From: a virus
Strand: one strand, 5' to 3'
IMG/VR virus record: IMGVR_UViG_3300006076_000003
Span: 22,602-86,601 of that record
Length of the DNA: 64,000 nt
Below, one piece after another: positions 47,001 through 56,278 of this stretch. Each line of letters opens with the position of its first letter. The stretch's first letter is position 1. A program made the translations under genes and the position numbers. The notes under the pieces are model-generated. The model was not told where the DNA came from. It saw nothing but the letters and a program-made list of their open reading frames with translations, and searched no databases.

Positions 47001-50000
47001 AACTTATTTGATGCTAAATTCTTGAACCCAAAATATGCAGCACAAGCAGTTAAAGATTATTCAGAACAAATGAGCAATAACATAAATAACTTTAGTAAAA
47101 TTGAATCATTGCATAAAACATTAGAAGTATACAATGACATATTTTTTGATAAAGACAGCAAAGAACATAAACAATTTGCTAATCGTATTGCAGCAATTAA
47201 AAATAAATTTAATGGTAAATTAGAAGTAAATAAAGAAGCTGGAGTATTATTTGGTGAGAAAGTTATAGAAGATACAGTAGATCCTAATACTAAAAAAGCA
47301 ACATTGGATAATAATACTAAGAGTGAAGTGTCTATTACTACATTTAAATCTAAAAAATTAAGTGTAGAAAAGGCAAAAGAAAAAATTGATAATCTAAAAC
47401 AAGATATTAAAAATAACAATGTAGTTACGTACGATCTTGAAACTGATGGATTAATTAGCAAAGATGGAAAAACAATACCTAATGTAATACAAATAGGTTA
47501 TAAAGATGGAAACAAAGATATAAAAACAGTACATATAAAATTTCCTTCAAAAGAAGCATATAATAAATATGTTAATGGTATGGAATCTGAAAAAATTAGA
47601 AATAGTAAATTATTTAAAGAAGTTAGTAAAGGTTATAAAGAGTGGCAAGATAACGCAATATCTATCGATGAAGCATTAAAAATGTTTAATGATGTAGCTA
47701 AAAACAAAAAAACATTAACATTTAATGGTAATGGATTCGATAATGTCATTATGCAATCTTTATTTAATGAGCATAATTTAGACATAACACCATTTAAAGA
47801 TAGTAATACATATGATATAAGAGAAATAGATTTAGGACTTAATAATTATGATACTTTTAAAGGTACATTAGAAGATAAAGTAAATGAATATGACTTAAGT
47901 TCTAAAGAAAATCAAGAAAATTTACATAATGCAGATTTTGATGTAGATATGACTTATAAATTAGCAAATGCATTAATTGACGTAAAAGATTTAAATAGTG
48001 AATTAAATAAACTTGCTAAAGAAACTGATTCACCTATAATCAACACTTTTGTTACACTGCAAGGAAAAACAAAAACTAAGATGCGTAGTGGTGAGAATAG
48101 TAAATTTAGTAGTAAACAAAATACAATTTATATTGCAGGTCCTTTAGATAAAACTGTTGTAGAACATGAGATATTACATAGCTTTACAACACTATGGATT
48201 AAAGATAACAAAAATGATTCATCTTATAAATACTTGCAAAAAGCACTGCCTAAACTAAGAGAATTGAACATTGCTGAATTAAAAGATATATTAGCTAATG
48301 ATGATGAAACAGCAATAGCTGAGTTAATAAGTACAATGGGTAGTAATATGGAACTGGCTAAAAAAGTCTATAAAACTATTGATAGCAGCAAAACAATATT
48401 ACCAGCTACAAGACTAAGAAATGTTATCAACAAAGCAATAAAAGCAATTATAAAATGGGTTGGTAGTGAAAAAGCTTTAGAAAGATTAGAAAAAGAAGGC
48501 TTAAATACAGAAGATTTAGCAAATGCTATTAACACAGCAATTGGAAAGAGTATCAATGATGTACAAAATAGAGCAACAAACTTTAATAAAGAGGTTAAAG
48601 CAGTAGATAAAACATATAATTTTATGGGTGGTGTTGGAAAGATACATGAAGCAATAGAGGATAAAGTTGAAAAAATTAATGCTTTATCTGTGAGAGTTAT
48701 AACAGAGCCAGTAGAGCACAAAGCTGAAGTAATAACTAAAAATGTTGATAGAATATTATCAGAAAAGTATCCTACATATTTTAGAGCTAAAGAATATGCT
48801 ATTGGAGTATATAACAGTTCTGAAGCACTGCAACAACTTATGCAGTATATTGCTACACCAGAAAAGTTAATTAGCAGAAAAAATGAGGTATTAACATTAT
48901 CGAATAAACTTAACAAAGAAACAACTGATAGAACAAATGAAGCATTAAATAATATACACCACTTAACAAGAGATTTTAGTAAAAATGAAAAACAAGTACT
49001 TGGCAACATAACAACAAAAATACCATTACATTATATTTATGCATTTGCACCAGATTTAAAAGACTTTAGTGGAAAAATAAAAGAATTAGAAAGTAACCTT
49101 AACAAAGATGGTTTAAGAAATGTAGATAATATTGTAAGTTTATGGGTGGATGGGGTAGTAAAAGATACTAATTTATACTCACTAGAAGATACTTATGGAA
49201 CAAGTGACTTAGCTAACAATATTAAATTATTAGCAGCACTTAAAGCTTTAGAAAAAGTTGATAAAAACTTTGAGTTATCAACAAAAATAATGGATAAACA
49301 TTTAGACTTATATAGAACAATTAAAGACCATTCAATGGCTTTATATCTTACACACAAAGACATTTTAGCTAATACACCAAGTAAAATAGCAATGAAAGAT
49401 GTACAAGTTGTACCACACTACAACAAACTTATACATAAAAAAGTATTTAGCTACAAAGATAGAGATAAGATGCAATATAGTGATAAAAATGGTTGGAATA
49501 TAATACAACAACCTACAAAAGACGGCAAAATTGGTATAGCATATAAAGAGATTATTGATACACAGTCAGCTGAAGGTACTGGTGTAGAACTACAACTACC
49601 TGAAACAGATATTACTGTACCTGAGAAGTATATAAACAATGGATATGTTGATGTACATAATAACAACATTGTACATACAGCAGATGGTTATAAATTGATA
49701 TTAACAGCAGAACAAGAAAAGCAAATTGGCATATTGGAAACACCAGCAGAAAGTCTTGTTAGATCTACCAATAACATGATACATCTTAAAGAAACAGAAG
49801 TTATAAGAGATAGATTAGCAGAAAAAGCATTTACTGCTGAGTTAACTAATGACAGTACTAAAGAAATAGCAAATGAGATACAATCTAAAGTAATTGATCA
49901 TCCTTGGTTCTTAAAAGTACCAGATGACATTAACTATGCTGACTTAGCAAATAGCACAGATCCTAACATGCGATTAATACATGCACATTATAAACCAATA

Positions 50001-51197
50001 CAACGTAAAATGTCTAAAGTTGGTGGCTTTGATAAAAAAGTTACTTGGGTTAGAAAAGATGTAGCACATTGGCTTGTAGGATTTAATAAAGGACCTTTAT
50101 TTAAAAGCAAGTTAGGACAACAAATATCAAGAATAACAAAAAATATAGTGTCATTAGCAAAAATTAATATGGCTATTGCTAACCCTATGAAGCTAGTAAA
50201 AGATGCAGCATCATCTGTTAATCAGCTTATTATAATGGGAGTGCCTGCAACATATATAGCAAAAACATCTAAAGACTTTTTTAATGATTTAAAAGAATTT
50301 AAAAGAGTACAAACAAAAATAGCAGCATTGCAACTAAAACATTATGCCGACCCTAACAATGAAGCAATAACTAAAAATATAGCAAAATTAAATGAGCAAT
50401 TAAAAGATAATAGCGTAGCTAAAGCATCAGAACATGGCTTTGTTAACTCACTTAGCTCAGATGTAGTAAGTCATAATGCACAAACAAGATATGGTTTAAC
50501 AGCAGATGTAGATAATGTACTAAAAAAAGTATTTACAAAAGATGGAGAAACAGCAAATAAGTTAGGTGAACAAATATTAAAACTTAGCAAATTTGGTGGA
50601 TGGAATGGTATAACAGCATTAGATAGAGTAGCAGATTATGTTGAAGTAATACCTGGAATGGAAGGCAAATTAGAAGGTGTTCATACAGTAATGCAAGAAC
50701 TTAACAATGTTAGAACAGAAGAAGATGTTGTTAGTATGATGCGTCAATGGACCCTATCGCCTAACTCTGAATTTGTAAAAGCAGGTATTGAAGTAAATGA
50801 CTTTATAGATGCATCATCTAAATATACATACTTTAAGTACTTAACTGAAGAAAAAGGTTATACAGAAGAAGAAGCAGTTACTGAAGTAATGAAAGCTGTA
50901 CCAGATTATAAAGAAGTTATGCCATCATCAATGAAATTAGCATCTGACTATGGTATATTGATGTTCCCTTCTTACTGGACAAGAATACAACGTGCTATTT
51001 ATATGATGGGTAGATATAGACCAGCATCTTTAATTGCTGAAATAACAGCTGCAGATATATTTGATTTATCACATTTATCAGGATTAACAATCTTAGATAG
51101 CAATATTTATGATAAAACATTAGATATGGGTGGTGCAATACATACACCTCTACAAGCAGCTAAATCAGGATTTATCTACCCTACTCATTTGATCTGA
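44031..51197 (+). CDS. Virion-associated RNA polymerase with DEDDh exonuclease and HExxH domains
   Basis: NGREYY, motif A DPDATANG, motif B REFAKLPTMTLIYGQG, motif C LFDA; YDLET/FNGNGFD/HNADFD; HEILH. Confidence 0.9.
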   Translation: MSKCIPLEDLAGLLEKVDVSKFSNDGKLANKDFRFETKDIPFSAILNTLQDGKGEFGDTSIIDRMGNLGYKLNWVRERLSKPDALNTIPEELRETENERGLLRTIALTEVIDSSRGEAFKVNKYNADLKKVSDSYGNATEIRMPFARVAAVIGRKIMQSRTGLVFGEGDATKASAAKIEQAYQTIGEAALKDLEKAGFIKLHDKASVINDFAFTNEDGITRIAAQDPKTRYTTMKAVSLNVSKDSRFRKLYGDELFDSYVKDIMDTTGDEDLKSFIDEVNELDENDIKSYELKEQYNKLRNFNAYIAGVNRVAIPTTFVDVKTEAPDSIENDRDVMERATDEYKEGVKSLNETKQHVKKPILNFLKDLAEVYKSEKKPLKSLVRYLVGNNISTKDKQQFEEVLNSIFGLYSKDIHTSYSKASIAGKNTSILSPLEDMLGHIDSITDEKGEPKYFHNTSHIGANGREYYDSAYLSIQANKIVRDIISVGDKEDKTFNIHKDKEAYNQFITYLMDALPSKLTEGKDETAILQMLKGEDKSDKTFEYLLSKVDTLTADKADIADRLIALGEINANLKGKDQVKNPSFMHNASVLLAVKDLRKAVEGDGTLTTDFLADPDATANGATLKLAEAARDANNEKAREILGAVGVIGDNKQVSDVYNYVNKFILEPSITKALESKDTPEESKNAPDGVITFSKKTRGFDKANATLMQKIIKYVYEDNMREFAKLPTMTLIYGQGEHASKLTIAKGVATKMGVMFHGIKSKKELTEAHKFVLDLLGEDKDKLDAIHLTEKDVATLTNKFKDSIAANVQHLMKDAFYKKGSGALADFKEVSTDLFNLAQELHKKGKDNPKFNERIKEQKNKVLLLKTQLKEEKAKAKRNRRRKKLKLDKTNFEKEDVKGMSEKLEKERSKLRNMLYMKEHLMMLPPHVNDAKVLPRNPYIGFKLEKQFNVYDPKTGTITNKPLPTQTVFDVSATHMVDSYNQVASGGHYLNLFDAKFLNPKYAAQAVKDYSEQMSNNINNFSKIESLHKTLEVYNDIFFDKDSKEHKQFANRIAAIKNKFNGKLEVNKEAGVLFGEKVIEDTVDPNTKKATLDNNTKSEVSITTFKSKKLSVEKAKEKIDNLKQDIKNNNVVTYDLETDGLISKDGKTIPNVIQIGYKDGNKDIKTVHIKFPSKEAYNKYVNGMESEKIRNSKLFKEVSKGYKEWQDNAISIDEALKMFNDVAKNKKTLTFNGNGFDNVIMQSLFNEHNLDITPFKDSNTYDIREIDLGLNNYDTFKGTLEDKVNEYDLSSKENQENLHNADFDVDMTYKLANALIDVKDLNSELNKLAKETDSPIINTFVTLQGKTKTKMRSGENSKFSSKQNTIYIAGPLDKTVVEHEILHSFTTLWIKDNKNDSSYKYLQKALPKLRELNIAELKDILANDDETAIAELISTMGSNMELAKKVYKTIDSSKTILPATRLRNVINKAIKAIIKWVGSEKALERLEKEGLNTEDLANAINTAIGKSINDVQNRATNFNKEVKAVDKTYNFMGGVGKIHEAIEDKVEKINALSVRVITEPVEHKAEVITKNVDRILSEKYPTYFRAKEYAIGVYNSSEALQQLMQYIATPEKLISRKNEVLTLSNKLNKETTDRTNEALNNIHHLTRDFSKNEKQVLGNITTKIPLHYIYAFAPDLKDFSGKIKELESNLNKDGLRNVDNIVSLWVDGVVKDTNLYSLEDTYGTSDLANNIKLLAALKALEKVDKNFELSTKIMDKHLDLYRTIKDHSMALYLTHKDILANTPSKIAMKDVQVVPHYNKLIHKKVFSYKDRDKMQYSDKNGWNIIQQPTKDGKIGIAYKEIIDTQSAEGTGVELQLPETDITVPEKYINNGYVDVHNNNIVHTADGYKLILTAEQEKQIGILETPAESLVRSTNNMIHLKETEVIRDRLAEKAFTAELTNDSTKEIANEIQSKVIDHPWFLKVPDDINYADLANSTDPNMRLIHAHYKPIQRKMSKVGGFDKKVTWVRKDVAHWLVGFNKGPLFKSKLGQQISRITKNIVSLAKINMAIANPMKLVKDAASSVNQLIIMGVPATYIAKTSKDFFNDLKEFKRVQTKIAALQLKHYADPNNEAITKNIAKLNEQLKDNSVAKASEHGFVNSLSSDVVSHNAQTRYGLTADVDNVLKKVFTKDGETANKLGEQILKLSKFGGWNGITALDRVADYVEVIPGMEGKLEGVHTVMQELNNVRTEEDVVSMMRQWTLSPNSEFVKAGIEVNDFIDASSKYTYFKYLTEEKGYTEEEAVTEVMKAVPDYKEVMPSSMKLASDYGILMFPSYWTRIQRAIYMMGRYRPASLIAEITAADIFDLSHLSGLTILDSNIYDKTLDMGGAIHTPLQAAKSGFIYPTHLI

Positions 51198-52745
51198 TAA
51201 TATCTTTTTAAATGTGTTTCTACTTACAGCAGGTAATTCCTGCTGTTCACAGAATAGCAAGTATTGCTTAAAACTTACATTATCATCTGCTTGTTTTATG
51301 AAGTCTAAAACACCTTGCCTTTTTTGTACTGTTTTAGCAGATACTGCTCTACCTACTGCTTTACCAATAGCTTTACCAATAGCTTTTCCTTTTGCTCTAC
51401 CCACAGCCTTTCCTTTGGCTTTACCAATTCTTTTACCTTTTGTTGTTGCTCTATATATACCAGCAATATTGTTATATTGTTTAAATGACTTAATGTTAAC
51501 AAAAGACACCTCAGTAGATGACATAAAAGTAGGGTCATAAGTTGTTAACTTATCTAATAATGCTTGTTCTGTCCAATTATTAACAACTAATATACATTCT
51601 GTTGGTGACTTTCTAAATCTACCAAATACTTGTAAAGTATTAGCAGTAATTATGTCACCAAAAGCATATATTTTGCTATTAGCATATGTTTTTGTAATTG
51701 ATATAGCACGAGCAGATGATTGATTAACAGCAATAATACTATTGTCATCAAAAGCGTCAGGATGTAAGTTGCTTTCCTTATCATTATTTATGATAGATAA
51801 TTTAGCATATCCTTGCAACTCTACTAAATAAGCACCATTGTTTGTTACTTCTACTCGCAAATTCTCTTTTCGACTATAAATCATAGCATCTACTTGTTTT
51901 AATGCTCTTATAGTATCAGTTTTCCAAGCATATGGATTATATAGCAACACCTTAGCAGAACCATCAGTTGGCAATCCTCTAATTATTGCTTCTTTTAGTT
52001 GGCTGTAATTTAATACATCATCTAACACATTAACAATTGTTAATTTTGTTATACTAAGATTGCTTTTTAAATCAACATGTTTATATATTGTTAACTCATC
52101 TAACAATTCAGTATCTGCCATAATAGCAATGTTATATTGTATTTCTTCTCTTATAGGCTCAAACTTATTAGCAGATATAGCAATAATATCAGCATTTGTT
52201 TTTGTAAGCAATGACAAAGTAGCCATAGTCATTTCAAATATGTTATATCTATATTTATCAACCTCTAATGCTATTTGTTGTTTATTGATAATACCCTGTG
52301 TTTGGAAGAAGTCTACCTCATCTATTAGTATTAAGTCAAACCTACTAAATGCTGCCTCTAATACTTGCTTATAAAATTTTAACTTATGTATTTTACTAAA
52401 TTCAGTACCAGTCTCTTTTGCTATTCTTTCACGTAGTTTACGTTCTTCTTTAACATACTCATCTACAATTTGTGCTAAATATGTTATATAAAACTTGCTA
52501 CTATTAAGATCAATCTTGCCTTTTTCTGTTAATTTTATATAACGTTTTATACGCTCATCATTGATATACTCTGCTTTTGCTATTATATAAGGCGTTAAAA
52601 CTAATACTTTTTTGCCTTGTTGCAAATATTTTAATGCTAAATCTTTACTTGCTGTTGTTTTACCAGACCCCATTGGAGCTATAAAATAATTTATTTTATG
52701 TTTGACGATATCTTGACTTAAAATCTCAGATGTGATATAATTCAT
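51165..52745 (-). CDS. SF2 (DExD) helicase-like protein, candidate origin-binding protein
   Basis: APMGSGKT, LILIDEVD, ISAN, QVFGRFR; C-terminal G-K/R-A-x repeats and HTH-like end. Confidence 0.8.
   Translation of the reverse strand: MNYITSEILSQDIVKHKINYFIAPMGSGKTTASKDLALKYLQQGKKVLVLTPYIIAKAEYINDERIKRYIKLTEKGKIDLNSSKFYITYLAQIVDEYVKEERKLRERIAKETGTEFSKIHKLKFYKQVLEAAFSRFDLILIDEVDFFQTQGIINKQQIALEVDKYRYNIFEMTMATLSLLTKTNADIIAISANKFEPIREEIQYNIAIMADTELLDELTIYKHVDLKSNLSITKLTIVNVLDDVLNYSQLKEAIIRGLPTDGSAKVLLYNPYAWKTDTIRALKQVDAMIYSRKENLRVEVTNNGAYLVELQGYAKLSIINNDKESNLHPDAFDDNSIIAVNQSSARAISITKTYANSKIYAFGDIITANTLQVFGRFRKSPTECILVVNNWTEQALLDKLTTYDPTFMSSTEVSFVNIKSFKQYNNIAGIYRATTKGKRIGKAKGKAVGRAKGKAIGKAIGKAVGRAVSAKTVQKRQGVLDFIKQADDNVSFKQYLLFCEQQELPAVSRNTFKKILSDQMSRVDKS
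51345..51440 (-). repeat. 12-nt tandem repeats encoding GKAK/GKAV/GRAK/GKAI
   Basis: GKRIGKAKGKAVGRAKGKAIGKAIGKAVGRAV. Confidence 0.8.
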
Positions 52746-52778
52746 GTCAATTCCTTCTTGAATTTTTATGTTAACTTA

Positions 52779-52931
52779 AAAAGTGTCAAAAACTTTTTGT
52801 TATATTTTTTATACATATTAATATAACAAAAAAATTGACATTTTTATAAAATTTACAAGGTGTCAAAAGTTTTTTTTTGTTATATTTCCTATATATAATA
52901 ATATAACAAAAAAAAATAATTGACACTTTTT
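52779..52931. repeat. Two tandem long inverted repeats (52779-52845 and 52857-52931)
   Basis: Each unit GTGTCAA..TTTTTGTTATATT-spacer-AATATAACAAAAA..TTGACA. Confidence 0.85.
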
Positions 52932-52943
52932 AAATATGCTCAA

Positions 52944-52972
52944 ATTATAGCTAATTTAATAAGCTAAGTCAA
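52944..52972 (-). promoter_or_regulatory. Sigma70 promoter for the helicase gene
   Basis: Minus strand TTGACT-17 bp-TATAAT. Confidence 0.75.
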
Positions 52973-53041
52973 GCGGTTCTTAATGCCATCAAGGATCGTT
53001 TGATTTAACTTATTCTTTACTCGAAAGCTTTTCCTTCTAAA

Positions 53042-53070
53042 GAACTCAAAGGTTATTTAGCCTTGAGTTC
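53042..53070 (-). terminator. Hairpin ending the DNA-metabolism operon
   Basis: gaactcaaagg...ccttgagttc at the last stop codon. Confidence 0.5.
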
Positions 53071-53230
53071 AGCTTTTGAATGATGTATAAGCAATAATGC
53101 CTACTAAAGATAGCAATAACACTGGTATAATTATATAAGACATATAAAATGTAACAAATAATACAACACCAAATAAAATAACAAATAATGCTGACTGTCC
53201 AATAGCAATTAAATTATCAAAAATACTCAT
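53069..53230 (-). CDS. Small membrane protein (start revised to MSIFDN)
   Basis: Two TM segments; coupled to upstream stop. Confidence 0.6.
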   Translation of the reverse strand: MSIFDNLIAIGQSALFVILFGVVLFVTFYMSYIIIPVLLLSLVGIIAYTSFKS

Positions 53231-53454
53231 TAGTAATACCTTCTGCCAAGTGGCTGTTCTACTAAATACCAAGCAATAACTGCTGCTATTGTTAGTGCTA
53301 TTGTTAAACCTTCTACAGTTTTGCCTAAAATTAAAATCAATAAAACAGCACTTAATATACTTGCTAAACCTGACAGTCTGTTCATTGTGCTAAACTGTAT
53401 ACTAATTGCTGTTACGGCTGCTATTGCCATTATAAATGCTACTATTAACATCAT
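53230..53454 (-). CDS. Small membrane protein
   Basis: 74 aa, three hydrophobic segments. Confidence 0.6.
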   Translation of the reverse strand: MMLIVAFIMAIAAVTAISIQFSTMNRLSGLASILSAVLLILILGKTVEGLTIALTIAAVIAWYLVEQPLGRRYY

Positions 53455-53651
53455 TCCAATCCTTTATTTATGTTTTCCCAAAATTTGATATCTTTAACAA
53501 GTCTATCAACTTCTTTTGTAGATCTATCTTTATAATCTTTAGCAAGTTCTTCTTTTAACAACTTGCTTAAAATTACAACTCGTTCTGTAATAATATAGTG
53601 AGGTATTGGCGTTACTGCCAATCCCCTATAAACTTCTTCATTAGTTCTCAC
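53451..53651 (-). CDS. Hypothetical protein
   Basis: 66 aa coupled ORF. Confidence 0.65.
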   Translation of the reverse strand: MRTNEEVYRGLAVTPIPHYIITERVVILSKLLKEELAKDYKDRSTKEVDRLVKDIKFWENINKGLE

Positions 53652-54072
53652 AGGCTTCCAATTTTTGTTTTAGTTTTGTAATTAGTTCATTTAGTGTTTC
53701 ACTAATATTTTTACACTTGCTAAAATCTGCTGTATAAGGCTTTACAGACTTATCTTTTTGCCATTTTTCTTTATTTGCTAAATCAGGTTCTAAGCTCCAT
53801 CTTGCTTTCTGCTGTGGGTCTTGCTTTCTACTGCTAATTTCTTTAACTACTTCAGACATAACTTTATTTACGTCATATCCTTCTAACATTAATTCATTAA
53901 CAGAGAACACAATAATATCTGCTATTGCATCTATTCTACCACTCTCATCCATATTTGTTTTTGCTATAAAATATTCTTCTAATTCTTCCTCAATATTTTC
54001 TACATATTTTCCAGAAGGTTTAGTAATTTTTCTATCTCTTAACCATTTCTTTAACTCTAAAACCCAACTCAT
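53641..54072 (-). CDS. MazG-like / PRA-PH NTP pyrophosphohydrolase
   Basis: IEEELEEY...IDAIADIIVF...EV.KEI.SR. Confidence 0.8.
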   Translation of the reverse strand: MSWVLELKKWLRDRKITKPSGKYVENIEEELEEYFIAKTNMDESGRIDAIADIIVFSVNELMLEGYDVNKVMSEVVKEISSRKQDPQQKARWSLEPDLANKEKWQKDKSVKPYTADFSKCKNISETLNELITKLKQKLEACEN

Positions 54073-54089
54073 ACTAATCCTTTTAAAAT

Positions 54090-54875
54090 TTATTTACACA
54101 TACAACCAATAGGGTATTCTTCTTCTAAATAATTTGTTGGTTTACCTTTTTGCTCGTATGCTTTAAATTTCTCTTCTAACTGCTTATAGGTATAATCTTT
54201 AAACAAATATACTCCAGCACCTTCTCGTTCATATCTTTTTTGTGTTTCTACAATATATTCCCACTGTTCAGGATATATTTTATAGATCTTATATAAACTT
54301 GTTAGTGATTGTTTTGGACAATTAAAACAACCTGTCCTATGAAATGTATTGTATAGTGGATTATGTAATCCTCTTTTTACCATTTCTTTTGCAATATAAT
54401 CTTCTGTTATTTTCCAGTCAAATAAAGGATAGATCTCATTATTTGCTTTAATTCTTTTTGGTTCATTATATGCAATTCCTACATACACATATACATTTGA
54501 GTTATGATATTTATCTTTAATATGTCTATTAAATGGATATACTTTCAACTCTCTAGTACACCAACTCATTCCCATATGGAATGGAAATCCTCTTTTTTTA
54601 CCTTTGAATTGTCCTTTTGTAAATGGTGTTTCAGCAAATTTATCCCATATCTCTTTACCTTTTCCATAGTTAAGTAATGTAATTTTTACATCATGATATT
54701 TAGCTTCCCAATATTTTTTTACTTTTTCTATGTACTCATACATTATTGGAAATTCGTGTCCAGTATCACAAAAAACTATTTCATCAAGTTTTTCATTTCT
54801 TTTTAATAGTTCATCTATCATATATGTACTATCTTTTCCACCAGACCAAGAAGCCACATATATATCTTTTTTCAT
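54090..54875 (-). CDS. PAPS-reductase-family (PP-loop) protein
   Basis: SWSGGKDS, FCDTGHEF, WCTRELK, RTGCFNCP. Confidence 0.9.
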   Translation of the reverse strand: MKKDIYVASWSGGKDSTYMIDELLKRNEKLDEIVFCDTGHEFPIMYEYIEKVKKYWEAKYHDVKITLLNYGKGKEIWDKFAETPFTKGQFKGKKRGFPFHMGMSWCTRELKVYPFNRHIKDKYHNSNVYVYVGIAYNEPKRIKANNEIYPLFDWKITEDYIAKEMVKRGLHNPLYNTFHRTGCFNCPKQSLTSLYKIYKIYPEQWEYIVETQKRYEREGAGVYLFKDYTYKQLEEKFKAYEQKGKPTNYLEEEYPIGCMCK

Positions 54876-54878
54876 TTT

Positions 54879-55493
54879 CTACCTTTTGTTATTTTCAACA
54901 TAATCACTAAAAACGTGAGGGAATTTATCTGCTAATAATACCGCTATCTCGTTAGCTACTGCTCTAATCTCCCATTGAGCGTGTTTATCTGTTCTAAGCT
55001 TAATGAACTGTGTCCACATTTGCAAATTACCAGAAACGTATAGGTCTGTTGTTATTGCTCTTGTTAAAGCATATCTTGCGTCTTCTTTTTTAACACCTAA
55101 ATCAATAAGATTGTTATATGCAGATTTGCTATATTCATTAATAAGTCTAAAAGCTTCTAAAGCATTAGCTTTTTTACCTTCATCAAGATAATCACATGGT
55201 GGTATAACAAAATCTCTATCACTTTGATTTACATATCTTTGACTTTCCCATAAATGGCTATCACTGTCAAGGATATCAGCAAAGCTTGTTCTTAATGTTT
55301 GAACAGCTGTGATTGTTGATATATCTTCTATTTTAATAACTGCAAAGCCAAATCTAAAAGTTGCTAAATGTTTATGCTCTTTTAGTTTAGTTATTAGCTC
55401 TAAGTTTTTAGGTTTTGAGTTATAGCAGATAGCAGATGATGTTGCTATCATTTCCTCTGTTCTATTGTTCCAATCTTCTAATGTTACTTTCAT
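54879..55493 (-). CDS. thyX: Flavin-dependent thymidylate synthase
   Basis: ESQRYV, GVKKEDARY, N...W..FIKLR..KHAQWEIR. Confidence 0.85.
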   Translation of the reverse strand: MKVTLEDWNNRTEEMIATSSAICYNSKPKNLELITKLKEHKHLATFRFGFAVIKIEDISTITAVQTLRTSFADILDSDSHLWESQRYVNQSDRDFVIPPCDYLDEGKKANALEAFRLINEYSKSAYNNLIDLGVKKEDARYALTRAITTDLYVSGNLQMWTQFIKLRTDKHAQWEIRAVANEIAVLLADKFPHVFSDYVENNKR

Positions 55494-55579
55494 TCTATGC
55501 TTTCCTTCTGATTTAATCTTTTATGCAAATATACTAAAATTGCAATATATGCTGTTATTGAATATAAAATTAGTTCCAT
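55490..55579 (-). CDS. 29-aa membrane peptide
   Basis: MELILYSITAYIAILVYLHKRLNQKESIE; overlaps thyX start. Confidence 0.45.
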   Translation of the reverse strand: MELILYSITAYIAILVYLHKRLNQKESIE

Positions 55580-55584
55580 ATTTG

Positions 55585-55788
55585 TTAACCTTTAAATATT
55601 AAAGCATCAATTTTATAAAATATAAAAGCACCTATAATTTGTATTGCCAATAGATGATAATGTGCTTGATATTTGCTCTTACAACAATCTAATTTAATTA
55701 GTAGCATTAATGGGAACATTAATACTACTGTAGATATTAACCATCTGCCTAAGTATATTACAAAATTAAATGTAAAATAATCAGTCAT
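55585..55788 (-). CDS. Small membrane protein
   Basis: YLGRWLIST..M.P...QIIGAFIFY.ID. Confidence 0.65.
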   Translation of the reverse strand: MTDYFTFNFVIYLGRWLISTVVLMFPLMLLIKLDCCKSKYQAHYHLLAIQIIGAFIFYKIDALIFKG

Positions 55789-56278
55789 TTACTTTAATAT
55801 ACTCTACTTTTGTGTCAATTGCTTCTTTTTGTTTAGCAATCTCTTCTTCTAATAACTTAGCATAACCTGCTATATCTCTTGCATTATCTACTAATAGTGG
55901 ATTACCTGTTGCTATTCTTGATAACTTATGTAAGATCATTTCAATAGCTTCATTCATAGTGTCAGTAAATAACTCAAATTGACCGTGTGTTATTACTGCT
56001 TCATTAAATGTTGCTTTTAACAATTGTGACAATTCTGCTATATTGCTAAATTCACCATAAACTTTACCACGCTCTTCAGTAACATCTTGTTTTTTATCTT
56101 TTGCATCTTCCATAGCTTTAGCTTTTGCTGCTTCAATAAACTCTTCGTGATTGTCTAATCTATAGTACATTTCTCTAATAAACTCTTTTGTTAGTTCACC
56201 ACCTTTTTCCACTAATCCATTTTCTTCTAAAAACTTATCTATTTTTCTGATTTCTTTTTTAAATGTTTTAAATTGCAT
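55781..56278 (-). CDS. DUF6378-like protein
   Basis: ERGKVYGEF...EAIEMILHKLSRI..GNP...DIAGYAKL. Confidence 0.75.
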   Translation of the reverse strand: MQFKTFKKEIRKIDKFLEENGLVEKGGELTKEFIREMYYRLDNHEEFIEAAKAKAMEDAKDKKQDVTEERGKVYGEFSNIAELSQLLKATFNEAVITHGQFELFTDTMNEAIEMILHKLSRIATGNPLLVDNARDIAGYAKLLEEEIAKQKEAIDTKVEYIKVND

